From Camelus dromedarius (Eukaryota): DNA of 64,000 nt. The stretch lies in contig NC_087437.1 of assembly GCF_036321535.1 (NCBI RefSeq), forward strand, positions 47,432,001-47,496,000, given 5' to 3'. Positions 1 to 12,940 of the stretch are shown piece by piece (position 1 is the first letter of the stretch; each line of letters opens with the position of its first letter). The translations under genes and the position numbers were made by a program. The notes beneath the pieces were generated by a model. It was not told the DNA's origin. It searched no databases and saw only the letters and a program-made list of their open reading frames with translations.

Positions 1-363
1 CTACTACCAAGGCACTCTTACACTTTTAAATGTTAATTTGAAAGAAAAAAGTTTCTTTTCACTTTGGCATGAAATCAGCCTCCATATAACTCATATTTAC
101 TGATCTGAGGACTTCTGGATTAGCGAGAATAATTCTCCGTGGCAGTTCTTGAGAAATGAAGAGAGTCGTCAGTCCCTGCTCTTCTCTAGATTAAATAGCT
201 GCAGTACCCTTTGAAATTCAGATGGCATGGTTTCCAGGGTCTCTCAAAACACTAGGGGCTGTGTTTTGACATCAAACTTCAGTGTTCCTAAGGATCACCT
301 GGAATGCTTGTTAAAGGTGAAATGAAGCCTGCCAGCCCCAGCCCCAGCCCCACCCCATGTTCT

Positions 364-849
364 TGTACCAGAGCAGGACCCTGTGGGGCCTTCCTGGGAC
401 AGACCCCTCCCCCATAACCTCTGCTGTATGTCCTCTCTGATCTGCTATAGGTCCTCTCTAATAATAGTATCTCATGTATATTTCCTGAGTTTTTCAGATG
501 CTAAAAACCACCACCTAAGGGAAGAAATGGACTACTTAAAGACTGAGAGCAAGTAGCTCCCAGACCCTCTGGCACCTAAGGGTTGACAGTGTTGACCACC
601 CTGTTACCTCAACATCAACCGATCAGAGAATTGTGCACGAGCTGATTGCTACCCTGTGACAACCGCCATTACCTGGCCTTTAAATAGGCTTTGCTGAAAC
701 CCTTTGGGGAGTTCGGGGTTTTCTTAGGCGTGAGCCACTCCATCCTCCTTGCTCAGCCCTGCAATAAACATTTTTCTGCTCCAAACTCTGAAGTTTCGGT
801 TCATTTGTCCTCACTGTGCCTTGGGCACACAAACTTCCCTGCCATAACA
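364..849 (+). mobile_element. ERV1-class solo LTR (486 bp) inserted into a MER5-like DNA transposon
   Basis: TG...CA termini; 4-bp TSD TTCT (360-363, 850-853); TATA-like TTTAAATA at 679-686; AATAAA at 763-768. The flanks (about 280-359 and 854-950) read as two halves of a MER5-type element. Confidence 0.85.
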
Positions 850-2729
850 TTCTGATGTAGTCAGGATATCTAGGATGGGATCTGAAGCAGAATGTTTAGG
901 TCTCCCTTCCTGATGCAGGTGGCGTAAGATCCATACTTGAGAAACTGTGCTGGTATATGCTGGCCCCATCAAAGTGTAATATCACAAACTGGACATGGCA
1001 CTCCAAATTCCCGCCTACTAATTCAAAGTCCGATGAAACCATTACCCTCTCTGATCTGGACACACAAACCTACTTCAAAAGACTCACCTCTTTTGAATAA
1101 AATATTTTGTCAATTCTGTACTTTGGGAATGTACCTGCAAGGCACATTAACTTTGATGTCTAAGTGAGGATGTTTTCTATGACCCAAATCATAACTATGA
1201 AAGTTGAAGTTTGATTTTTATTATTATGGGAGCAGATATAATGAAAAACAACCTTTTAAGTCCTGGCTCTGGTCCTGCCTGACAGAAGAAATCCCAAACA
1301 GCCTAGGAATATTCCTTCACCCTGATCTCTTTACTATTATTATAGTCTTCGGAGAATTATTTACTATTTTAAAACTCAGTCATTTTATGTGCCTGTTCTT
1401 ACTTTTGATCAGAGACCATCCTGTCAATATTCTTCATGTGCCCCCATTGTCACAGGTTCTGTGGACAATTATAAGATCCTCTTCTGGGAAAAACAAAGGA
1501 CAGAACAAACTCCATTTCCAGCTGGGGTTAAATGGCAGGAGACACAGTGTCCCAACCAGCAGAATAATGAAGTGGAAAATAGCAATTCCAGGTTCAGGTA
1601 TGAGTCAGGAACAAGGCATGAAGCAATGTCCCAGCCAAATATCTGATATGCCCAGCAGGAGTGAGGCCTCCCTGTGACCAAGGACAAGTCTCCATATCAG
1701 ATTCAGGTGTGACAGCTAGAATAAAGACAACTTTTGTCCCTGATCTAAGCAGAGAAACTGAAAGAAACTACTTTAAGAGCCAGACTGGTTCAGACACTCC
1801 AAAAGAAAAGTGTTTATGAAAATAGAGGACACTGATTATCAAAACTTACAGAATAGTTCATAGAGGTCCCATGTACCCATCTACCAGTTTCCTCCGATGG
1901 TAACAATTTATGCAACTAGAGTACAATATCAAAGTCAAGAAATTAACATTGGTACAATTTACAGACCTTATTCGGATTTCACCTGTTTTATATGTGCTCA
2001 TTTGTATGCATTTCTATGTGAATATATAGTTCTGTGTGATTTTATCACACATGGAGATTCATGTAATATTATGATATATCATGTATTATCATTATATGAT
2101 ATTACAATATCATATCATACCATGATATTATCAAGCTTTAAATCTCCAGAATATGGTGATTTGTTTTTCTAAGGTTCTATATTGTTCATAAAGTTATTGA
2201 ATTAGAATTGTAATGAAGCTTAACCTCAAGAAATCCTTAATCAAAGAAATCCTATTTAAAATTTTAAAATACTCTTTTTTCCTTTTAAATAAGTAAAAAC
2301 TTTAACTGATAGTATTCAATTTTAGAGTACAGGAAGTCTGGCCTTCTCATACACTGCTTTTAGGAGTAAAAATCAGTACAACTGTTCTGGAAACAAATAT
2401 GTACCAAGGGCTTTTTAATGTTTTGTACCTTCTGATCTAGGAACTCCCTTTCTAGAAATATATATTAAGAAAATAAGCAGAGAGTTGGACAATTATTATG
2501 AAAAATTACGTTTATTTAGTGTTATCTACACTGGTGAAAAATGTAAACAAAGGGATTAGTTGAACAAATTAAGGCCCATTGAAGCAATGCTATGTTATAC
2601 AACAGTTGAAAGTGGTAATTTTCAGGGGCTTACAGCCTAAAGAGAATCTCCATAATAAAATGTTAAGTAGAAATAGTAGCTATAGCTCATAGCTCACATT
2701 TGTTTTGTGGAGATGGATTTTTAAATCTC

Positions 2730-5700
2730 TGGACTTCTGTTTCTGGGAAGATGAGGTAATGTGCTTTTCTCTATTCTTCTCACTAAGTACAACGTTATAT
2801 GTGAAACAAACATAAAAACAATCAGAAAGGTGGAGGAAAGAAGGCAAAATAGTTAGGGACCTCAAGACCCACGGAATGACATGGTTATGGTACCCTGGAT
2901 TTTCTGTTTGCCTCATATATGCCCAGACTTGGAGCTAAGGAGACCAGCTGTCCAATAAACAAATGCAGATTTTTTAAAAGCTCCAACACAAGCCTGCTGT
3001 CTCTAGCCAAAGGACTAAACAAAGAGGAGCCAAGCAAGATAGTAAACTTTCAGACAATAACATCTATACTTGAGCCAAACACCACAGAAAAGAACTGGTT
3101 CCCAACACACACCAACAAAGGCTGAGTAGGAACTAGACTTCCACCCTCACCTGGCTCCCCTGCCAGGGTTGTGTCTGAGAAGGCCATGTAGAGAGCCTGG
3201 ACTTGCATTCCCATCAGCCAGGAATGAGCTCCCCACTCCAGCAGGGTCAGTGGAGAGCACATGGGAGCCTGGACTTCCATCTCCCCGCTGGTGTGGTATG
3301 AGAGGGGGCCTACTGATGAGTCAGGATCCACACCACTGCCCGGTAGTGATGAGGCCACTCTTCCTGCATGGTGCTACTTGAGTCTGTCTGGGGAGAAATA
3401 ACAAGGCACTCCAGCCCCTCTCAGCCAGGCAGGTGTCAGTGGAGGCTGAATGGGGAGCTAGAACTCCCAGCCCTGAACAGCAGTAATACAGAGCTTCCTC
3501 TTGAATGTCAATAGATGCCAAGTGGGAAACCTGGACTTCCATCCTCACCTGGCAGTCACAAAGCTCTGCCTCCCATTCCCTGCTGGAGCTGGGCTTCAGG
3601 AAGCCAGCTAATACAGGGAATTTAATTAAGATCCAAGGTCTCATAACAAATTCTATCTTGAGTGCCCAGATTTTGATAGAAAATCATCTACCATACTAAG
3701 AAACAGGAAGATTTCAAAGGGAATAAAAAAGATAATTAATAGATGCCAACATTGGCAACAAAATTATCTGACAAATATTTTAAATTATCTATTATAAAAA
3801 TGCTTCAATGAACAATAATAAACACACTTGAAACAAATAAAAAAATGAAAGTCTCAGCAAAGAAACAGAAGATTTAATGAAAAGTGAAATGGAAGTATTA
3901 GGAATGAAAAATACAATAACTAAAATAAAAAACTCAGTGGATGGGCTCAAGAGCAGAATGAAATGGACTGAGGAAAGAATCAGTGAAATAGAAGATAGAG
4001 CAATAGAAATTGCCCAATCTGAACAACCAAAAAGAAATACATTTTTAAAGAAATGAACATAGCCTCAGGGACCTGTGGGAGGATAGCAATAGATCAAACA
4101 TTTATGTCATCAGAATTCTAAAAAGAGAAGAGAAACAGGGAAGGGCTGAAAAACTCAAAGAAATAATGCATAAAGACTCCCCAAATTTGGCAGAGAACAT
4201 AAACCTACAGATTCAGTTTGGGAGAAAATCCCAAATAAGGAAATCCACACCAAAACACACTATAGTCAAACTTCTGAAAGTGAAAGACAAAAACTTGGCA
4301 GCAGTAAGAGACATGTTATCTATAGGAACAAACTACGTGAATGACAGTGGATTGCTCATTAGAAACCACAGAGGCCAGAAGGAAGTGGCACAACATTTTT
4401 CAAGTGCTGAAGAAAGAACTGTCAACTCAGAATCCTATATCTAGCAAAAATAACCTTTCGGAAGGAAGAGAAAATCAATACACTCCGAGACAAAGGAAAA
4501 ACTATGAAAATCTGTCACCAGCATACCTACCCTAAAAGAATAGCTATAGAAAGTTCTCTAAACAGAAAGGAAATGATAAAGGTAGCAACCTTGGAAACAC
4601 AAGAACCAAAAATATGAGTAAATACAATAGACTTTCCCTTTGCACTTCTGTTTTCTATATTATGATTGAGAGTTGAAGCAAAAATTATTAGACTGTGACC
4701 TGGTTCTAAATGTTTGTGGAGAAAATAGTTAAGTCAATTATAAACAGGAGAGGATAAAGGAATGTAATGGGGGTAAGTTTTCTACACTTCACTTGAAATA
4801 CTAAAAGGACAACACTAGTAAAATGTGATGTTAAGTATACATAATGTAATACCTAGAGCAATCATTAAAAATGCTACACAAAGATATACCACCAAAACAC
4901 TATAGATAAGTCAATAACTACATTAAATGGAAATGATTTAAATATAACAATTAAAAGACAGGACGGAAGGAGGGTATAGCTCAGTGATAGTGCGTGTTTA
5001 GCATGCACAAGGTCCTGGGTTCAAACCCCAGGACCTCCATTAAAATAAATAAACAAATAAACCCAGTTACCTCCTCCCCCTTACCAAAAAAAAAAAAAAA
5101 AAAAAAATTAAAAATAAAAGACGCAGGCTGGCAGAGTGGATTAAAAAATTATGGCCTAACTATATACTGTCTATAAGAAACTCACTTTAAATAAAGCAAT
5201 GTAAGCACGTTGAAAGTAAAAGCGTGGAAAAATACGTACCATGAACACTTTCATTAAAAAAGCACTGGTGGATATGTGAATATCAGACAAAGAAGCCTTC
5301 AGGGCAAAGAAAATGACTAGAGACAGAAAGAGACATCACGTAATAATAAAGGGGCCAACCCAGCAAGCAGACAGAGCAGTCCTGGGTGTAGATAACACCA
5401 ACTATAAATCTCAAAATATGTGCTGCAAAACTGATAAAACTAAAAGGAGAAATAGACAAATCCACTGTTACAGTTGGAGACTTGAACACTCCTTTCTCAA
5501 CAATTACTAAAACATTCAGATAGAAAATCAGCAAGGATATAGGACTCAAAAACTTATCAACATGATCTAATCATTTATAGAATATTCCATGGAACAGCAA
5601 AATACACATTCTTTTCAAGTTGCCACAGAATATATACCAAAATAGACCATATTCTGGGCCATAAAATAAACCTCAACAAATTTAAAGGAATTAAAATCAT

Positions 5701-6300
5701 ACAGTGTTCTTTGACCACAGTGGAATCAAACTAGAAATGAAAAATAGAAAAATTGGAAAATCTCCAAACACTTGGAAGTTATGCAACACACCCTTCACTC
5801 TTAAATAATCCGTGAGTCAAAGAGGAAGTCTCAAGTGAAATTTTTAAAAATATATTAAACTGAACAAAAGTGAAAGTACAAAATATCATTACTAAAGCTG
5901 TGCTAAGAATGAAATTTATAGTACTAAATGTGTATGTCAGATACGAGGAAAAATCTCAAATAGATTGTCTAAACTTCCACCTCAACAACGTAGAAAAAGA
6001 AGAACAAAATTAACCCAAAGCAAGCCTAAGGAAGGAAATACTAAAGAGAAGAAAGCAATGAAATTGAAAACAGAAAAACAATAGAGAAAAATCAAACACA
6101 AAACTAGTTCTCTGAAAAGATCAATAAAACCAATGAACCTCTAGCAAGACTGACAAAAGTGAATAAGAGAGAAGACACAAATTATAGATAAAAGGGGGAT
6201 ATCACTATAGATCCCACAGCCAACAAAGGGTTAATAAGGGAATACTATGTATTAGGACCAGTACACATAACAAACATTGACAATTTAGACAAACTCAGCC
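2730..6300 (+). mobile_element. Old, decayed L1 (5' UTR, ORF1 and endonuclease part of ORF2)
   Basis: Contains ORF1-like peptides (STPKHTIVKLLKVK; DCSLETTEARRKWHNIFQVLKKE) and endonuclease-like sequence (IVGDxNTP region near 5470; DHILGHK at about 5645), with many stops and frameshifts. Confidence 0.9.
4965..5112 (+). mobile_element. tRNA-derived SINE (Vic-1-like, camelid) inserted in the L1
   Basis: A-box-like TATAGCTCAGTGA, B-box GGTTCAAACCC, poly(A) tail, and an imperfect TSD taaaagac..agg on both sides. Confidence 0.85.
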
Positions 6301-7784
6301 TAAGTATCAAGATTTTGCCAGGCTACTCATCTTAATAATCCTGGCAATAAATTAAAGTTTTAAAGCGATACTTACTTTTCATTTTCTTATCTTTTTAAAA
6401 CAAAAGCAAAACATTCCATCTAAACTAGTGTGGGCCCCCCTCCATCAGGGTTACCTTAGGTACTTGTTTAAAATGCAGATTTCTTGACTCAGCTCAGGTT
6501 GACTTAATTTGGGGCCGCTGAGAGTGGGGCTGAAGAACCCGCACCCCAGGGATTATACTGCCCCTGAAGCTTGAGATCTCCAGCCTCACCTCAGAAAGCC
6601 CTGAGGCTGAAAGGGCCTGATTGTTTTCAGAATGTTACTTTTTATTCTTCACTCTTGTTCTATCATTTGTTGCCATCCGGTGAGTGAAATGGTAATTGCC
6701 CCAGCTTAAGGGCTTTTATTTCGCCTTACTCCATAAGGCAAGGATGGTGATGGCGAACAAGATTTTCACAAAACTAAATATGGGAAAACCAGCCTCAATG
6801 GGAAAATGCAATTTCCCTTTCCCACATTTTCTTTCCCATTACTTTACCTACATATGCAAACACACTTTTGGTTGGTTGGTTTACTTTGATTTAGGCTCCT
6901 GATTAAATGTGTTAAATGTAATCATTTGAGTGTTACATCCCCAAGTCCAGCACAGTGTCCTTCCATCACTCCACGCTATATTCCTGCCCATGTTGTGGTG
7001 AATCAGTTGTGTGTGTTCCCCAAGGATGGTTATGAGTTAAGGGAAAGATTCCCACAGACATCAAGCAGGTGATGTTTCTTTAATGGCGATGATGTGAAAA
7101 CTTTGAGAATGGTTACATAAAGCAGGTGATAACACAAACAGAAGCGAAACTTTCCAGGTCCCCCCACGTTCCACAGGCTGTGGATAAACCATCATCCTGG
7201 GCATGAAAATTTGCTGGACAGGAGACGCATCTTCCATTCTCATGGAGATCTAATGCCCCTCTGTCCTGGAAACCACCGAGGCTACGTCAGACTTCAAAAC
7301 GTGCCCAAACCCGTGCTAGGTGGTCACAGCAATGCTGAGGAAGGCCAAGGTCCTTTTTCCAGAAGCACATTTCCCCATGTTCTGGAAAGTCTGAGGTTCA
7401 CTCCTGTAACTATCATTTCCAAAACATATCAGGGCCTCAGGCACTATGGTTTCTGGAAGTGCCACAAGGAAAACGAACAAGAGAGGAATGATGCTATTTG
7501 GCAAAAGTAGAATTTCATTTGCCAAGTACTTGACAATATGCTAAGAGGCAGGCACAGTGTTACTGATATTTTAAAAGCTTTTGAAACATAAGATCAAGAC
7601 CAATTTGCTCTTCCTGCTTCTTTTTCTCACTTTCTAGTCAAATTCAAACAGGGTCACCACCTCCTACAATCACAGTGGCTGTCATTGTCTCCTACTCCAT
7701 TGAGAAAATTTAGGTCAACTAACATCACCCATCTCAGCTTTCTTTTCCTTACATGTATCTTTAATACATTAGCTTCCCTTAAGA

Positions 7785-8050
7785 AGTGATAAGACATACT
7801 GGTCAAGAGTACGAACTCTGAAACCAGACAGCCTGGCAACCTGACTCCCTACCAGTTGTGTGATGTTGTGCAGTTACTTAACCTCTCTGTGCCTCAATTT
7901 TTTAATCTGTAAAGTGGGGGTAGTAATAATACATACCTCACAGTATATGAGAGTCCTTGCGAAGAAGAAAAGCTTATATTTATTAAACATTTTGAAAACA
8001 GAACAGTGCCTAGGGCGTAGTAGATATATAGCAATGTTTGCTATCATTAT
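7785..8050 (+). mobile_element. MIR SINE
   Basis: Contains the MIR core gttacttaacctctctgtgcctcaattttttaatctgtaaagtggggg and a MIR-type 3' end. Confidence 0.85.
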
Positions 8051-8549
8051 TCCTATCTCAGAGAATGAAGAGTCCATCTCCTTTTAGAGGTAAGCCCCTG
8101 TATCTGTGCTCCTGATGCCACTCCCATCATCGCCAACCAGAGCTGGCTCCATCAGTGTCTTCTTCCTCTGTCTGCAATCTCTCCCTCTCTCCTAGCTCTT
8201 TCTCCTTGGCCTTTAAAGATGCTTGAGTGTGGGGGAGTTAGAGAAGGGTCCCCAGCAGTATCTAAACTGAAGTTGGCCTTGAAGGCTGAGTAGGAATTTG
8301 CTGATGGAAGGAGGGTAGTAAGGAATCAGTGTAGGGCTGCGGAAGTGGGATTTCAAGCAAAGGAAACAGCACTAGCAAAGGGCATGGAGTGTCTGAGGAC
8401 TTGCTGGGGGTGGTCATGGTGTAGAATACCTGGGGTGAGTCCCTGAAGGTGAATCTCTAAGCCAGGGTCATAACTGCAAAGGCCTGCAGAGCCAGGAAGG
8501 GAAACTGGATGAATCAAGTGAGCTGGTTAAGAAAATAGGGAATGGAGGA

Positions 8550-9070
8550 GGTCTCAGCATTGGTGCTCACCTGAAAAGCAGAACCTGTGATAGGGGCTTA
8601 CGAACAAGCAGTTTATTTTAGGAGGTGTTCCCAGGGAATGAGAGTGAGGGACTGGAAAGAGTGAAAACGAGGAGAGAAAGCCAATTCAAGGGTGAATGTG
8701 GATCCGGATACTGCGGTGGAAAACTGCAGCTCTTTCATTGGGGACTCCCCAGGAGCTCTGGAGAATTGCTGTGTAGAACACACCTTGGAATTACCCCCTA
8801 AGACATAAAAATAGGGAGTATTGATCAGCTGGCTCTTGATCCTCATTACTAAAGCGTTGCCACCTAGGGTATTAACATCTTGACACATACAGGTTTGCAC
8901 CTGCATCAGAAAATTTAGAGCATTCTTTCCTGATTCCCATCCTGCAGTAGCAAAGAAGCCGTGGGGCAGAAGCAATGCTTATAGTACCTGTAGCCCCAGA
9001 GGAGTCCAATACACGGTGGGTTGTTGCAAAGTGGAGGGCTCATGCCCCATCCAAAGAGTGCAGCCACAAC
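8550..9070 (-). mobile_element. Old ERVL-type LTR (LTR16/LTR33-like)
   Basis: aagcagaacctg...gcagtttattttaggaggtgttcccaggga resembles the reverse-complemented 3' end of ERVL LTRs. Confidence 0.55.
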
Positions 9071-11287
9071 TCATTGCATCTGATTTATACAGAAATGCTG
9101 GCCAGTATGTCCACAAATCAAAATTTTACGTTAAATCCCTTGACCTTGGTCTCTTGGTAACTAGTTCTAATTTTTCTAGAACACTGTGGGGCCACATGAA
9201 CTATACTTGCAAGACAAATTCAGTCCTACGCTGCTGGTTTATAAGCTCTGCCTTAAGAAGGCTTTGATTTAATTCTATGACAACAGAATTTAAATTTTAG
9301 GCATTGGAGAACCAGTGAAAGTTTTTAAGCAAAAGAGTGTCTTGGCCAGATTTAATTTAGAAATGGGTCCCTTCTTCGAATTCTTTGCTTTTACTCTTCA
9401 GCGCATCAACCCATGAATTCCAAAAGTGGCAACCACCTGTGATAGGGCAATTATGAGACAGCATACAAATCTCTCTTGAAATCCAGCACGGGCCACAGTT
9501 TTCTTAATTGGTAGTGACTTTGTGGAGTCCTTGAGCCCAAAGATGAATTCCTGTTTCCTTGCAAGCTACCAAGTGATAAGATGGTGATCCCATGCAAAGA
9601 AATATGAAGCTGCTCATTCTCTTTCCTCAGTCCACTAAGAAGGACTTGGCAGGAGGGCATGTGGATGAAATATACAATGGTATCAGGCAATAGCCATTCT
9701 GAGAGTGAACACCTGCAGAACACAATGCTTACAAACCTGTCGGCTGGATACTGTTCTGCCAGCAATCAGAGAGAATTCCTACGGAACAAAATGCATCAGT
9801 CCTCCTGCATAGGTGGAGGAAGGGAACAGAGGAGGAACAGCGTCACACTCAGCAAATGAAAATCCACCCGCACCAGGCTGCCAAGAGCCACTGGCACTAG
9901 AGCAAAGAGAAAGGCAGTCCTTATGCAAAAACAGAGGCACACTTCTCAGTTCCGGGAAAGGCTTTGCCTTACAGCTCTCTCCATCCAAAACAGGAAATAT
10001 AATATAACTAAGGTGTCACTGCTTGCCTTTTAAAATAAAATTCTTCTACAGCAGTGAACTCTTCAACTTTGGTCATTTGTTTTCATTCCCTAGAGTGTAT
10101 TTTTAAGCTGTATCTGGGGTGCATAAATTCATATCTAGTGTAGCACATGGAAGAGTTTAGCAAATCTGGGATAGAGATGAGAATACATGGTTAAATAAGA
10201 AGCATTAGAATAGATATTAAAAGTACAGGACTTAGAAATCTTCTCCAGTAAAACATAAAAACTACATACTTAGAGATACAGAGAAAAATGTTTGGAAGCA
10301 TAAACACTATGCTAATAGTACTAGTTACCTCTAGGAAGGGAAAAGTGGGATTGGGAAAATGGGAATTTAAGGAATATTTTCCCTTTTCAAAAGTGTTGGA
10401 ATATTTGACAGTGAAAATGTATGTATGTCTGTTTATGTGATTTAAGTAATGGAAAAAAAAGGAATTTCCTCTCTCTGAGAAAGTTCTTTCAGGTCACATA
10501 AACTTTGCAATAGCTGATCCAGTTGTGATTTAATGCTCTGTTCTACGACTTATTCACAGAAATGCAGAGTAATTGGATAGAGGAGTGGGTAGTCCCAAGA
10601 CTCCACTGACAGGTCAGGAATTTTCCCAATTTTAGTGTTGGGCAGAAAAGTCTTCACCACTAGAGGGACAAATTCTCGACTGAATTCTCTTCCTTCCAGA
10701 TGCGGTAGCTTTGAGCACTCAAAACCCATGCCCTGTCGGAGAATGGGTGGCAGCTTCCCCCAGGAAGAGCCCCAGACTGGATGCTGAAAGGGGAGTGCCG
10801 CCCCGCCCCGCTAAGCCCAAAGCTAGGAACTCCCCATCCTGCAGTGCGTACTTTCTTATTACTAATGTATTCTTCTGACTTTCTGACACAATAAAGTTTT
10901 TCCCTCAAAATTTCAAAGTTTTCTTAAGTGGAAAGGAAATTTTCCAATAAATTTGGGGGTAACATAAATAAAGTGCTTTTTAGAAGATTATCTGATATAT
11001 AGCATTAGTGCTTGACAAATGTGTGTTAAGTAAACTCTATGGACCAAGCACTAATTGTGCTTAAAACAGGACAAAGCGTTTGCTCAAGTGTTTTGATAAT
11101 TTACTAGACTAGAAGTCCCATAATATTATCTACCTGCCTGCTCCAGTCCCTTGTGAGTAAAACTGTCCTTTCTAAGGGGGCATCCCAGTAAAAGCCAAGC
11201 AACACGTACAATGTAGCCATGGCTGTTTTGGTCCAAGCAGTCATTCTAGATCTTGGCTACATATTAAAATCACCTCAGCTTTTCATT

Positions 11288-11372
11288 ATTTTTTGATGGA
11301 GATACTGGGGATTGAACTCAGGACCTCGTGCATGCTAAGCATGCACTCTACCACTGAGCTATACCAACCCCC
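11288..11372 (-). mobile_element. tRNA-derived SINE (same family), within a MER5-like element
   Basis: Reverse complement reads GGTATAGCTCAGTGGTAGAGTGCATGCTTAGCATGCACGAGGTCCTGAGTTCAATCCCCAG; agctttt on both flanks. Confidence 0.85.
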
Positions 11373-11699
11373 AAGAAGCTTTTAAAAGTCGCTGGACACC
11401 CCAGCACACCCTAGAGCAAATAAATCAATTAAATCAAAATCTCTGGGGTATATAGTAGATATAAGTTTGCTGTTATTGTTACTGCTGTTGGATCTAACTT
11501 CCCAGATGATTCAGCTGTGGGACTAAGTTTGAGAACAACTAACTGCTCAGACTTTAACCTGCGTACGAATCAGCTGGGGATCTTGCATAAAGATAGGTTC
11601 TAATTTAGTAGGTCTGGAGTGGAGCCTGAGATGCTGCATTTCTAACAAGTTTCAAGGTGCTGTAGTAAGGATCTAGTTTCTAGAGTCTATGGAGATAAT

Positions 11700-12940
11700 T
11701 TTTAAAAATTCATTGCAGTATTACTTATAACGAAATATTAAAAAAAACCTACATGTCCAGAAGGATGAATGAATTGTGGTGCAGACAGTGGGACACTATA
11801 CAGCATTTTAAATGAATAAACTATAGTTACACGTGTCATGATAGATAAATCTCAAAAAGTGTTGAGAAAAAAGAAAAATAATGATATTTGCATGTTATGA
11901 TGCCATTTATATTAATACTGAAAGCCTAAACAATACTATGTATTGTTTATGAATATATATGGTATTAATACTGTACATGGAAATAATAAATATCAAGTTC
12001 AAGACGAGAGTTTATCTGGTGTGGGATGAGATTAGAATTGGGAAAGGGTACAGTGGGCTTCAGCTGAATCTGTATGTTTTCTTTCTCCTAAAAATATCAG
12101 AATAAAATGATGATGGTGCTGGCGAGCTTGGTGATGAGTATATGTATGCCTCTTTGCTTAGCCTCTATACTTTGCACATATGAAATAATTTATAATTTTT
12201 AAAGCTTTTAATTTTTGTACACCCACGTTCATAGCAGCATTTTTCACAATAGCCAACAAGTGGAAGCAACCCAAGTGTTCATCAAACCATGAGTGAATAA
12301 ATAAAATGTAGTATACACACAAAAAGGAGTATTAGCCTAAAAAGGAAATTCTGACACATGCTGTAACATGATGAACCTTAAGGACCTTATGCTAAATGAA
12401 ATAAGACAGTCACAAGAAGACAAATAGTGTATGATTCCACTTACATGAGGTCCATAGGGTAGTCAAATTCATAAAGTCAGAAGGTAGAATGGTGGTTGCC
12501 ATGCTCGAGAAGACAGCATTTTTTAATGAGTTATGGAGTTTCAGTTTGGGAAGATTTAAACAGTTCTGGAGTTGCACGGTGGTGACAGTTGTACAACAAT
12601 GTGAACGTACTTAATGCCACTGAACTGTAGACTTAAAAATGGTTAAAATGATACACTTTATGTTATGTATATCTTACCACAATTTTAGAAGTTTTTTAAC
12701 TAAAAAAAATTCACTCTATATGTCCGTCAGTAGAGGACCAGTAAAGGAAATTTTGGAAATCATACAATCAACACCACATAGTCAAAAAGAATGAGATCCA
12801 TATGTACTGGTATAGAATAATTGCCAAGGCACACTGGTCACTGGAAAAAAATGTGTTTGGAATGCCACCATTCATATTGCATAGACTATCTCTGGGAAAA
12901 TACCTAAGAAACTGGTAACTGTGATTGCCTCGAGGGAAGT
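11700..12940 (+). mobile_element. Nested L1 3'-end fragments (L1MB-like 12215-12685 inside L1ME-like)
   Basis: Typical L1 3' UTR motifs: cccacgttcatagcagcatttttcacaatagcc, ggttgcc, tgccactgaactgtagacttaaaaatggttaaaatg. Confidence 0.8.

Noticed and set aside
2050..2135. AT-rich quasi-palindromic stretch (tgtaatat...atattaca)
   Set aside because: Low-complexity decayed TA/ATG repeat next to an L1 fragment; no evidence of function.
11300..11372. Possible tRNA gene (also at 4965, 56590 and 57800)
   Set aside because: Poly(A) tails, TSDs, a shared non-tRNA tail and diverged stems identify these as SINE copies.
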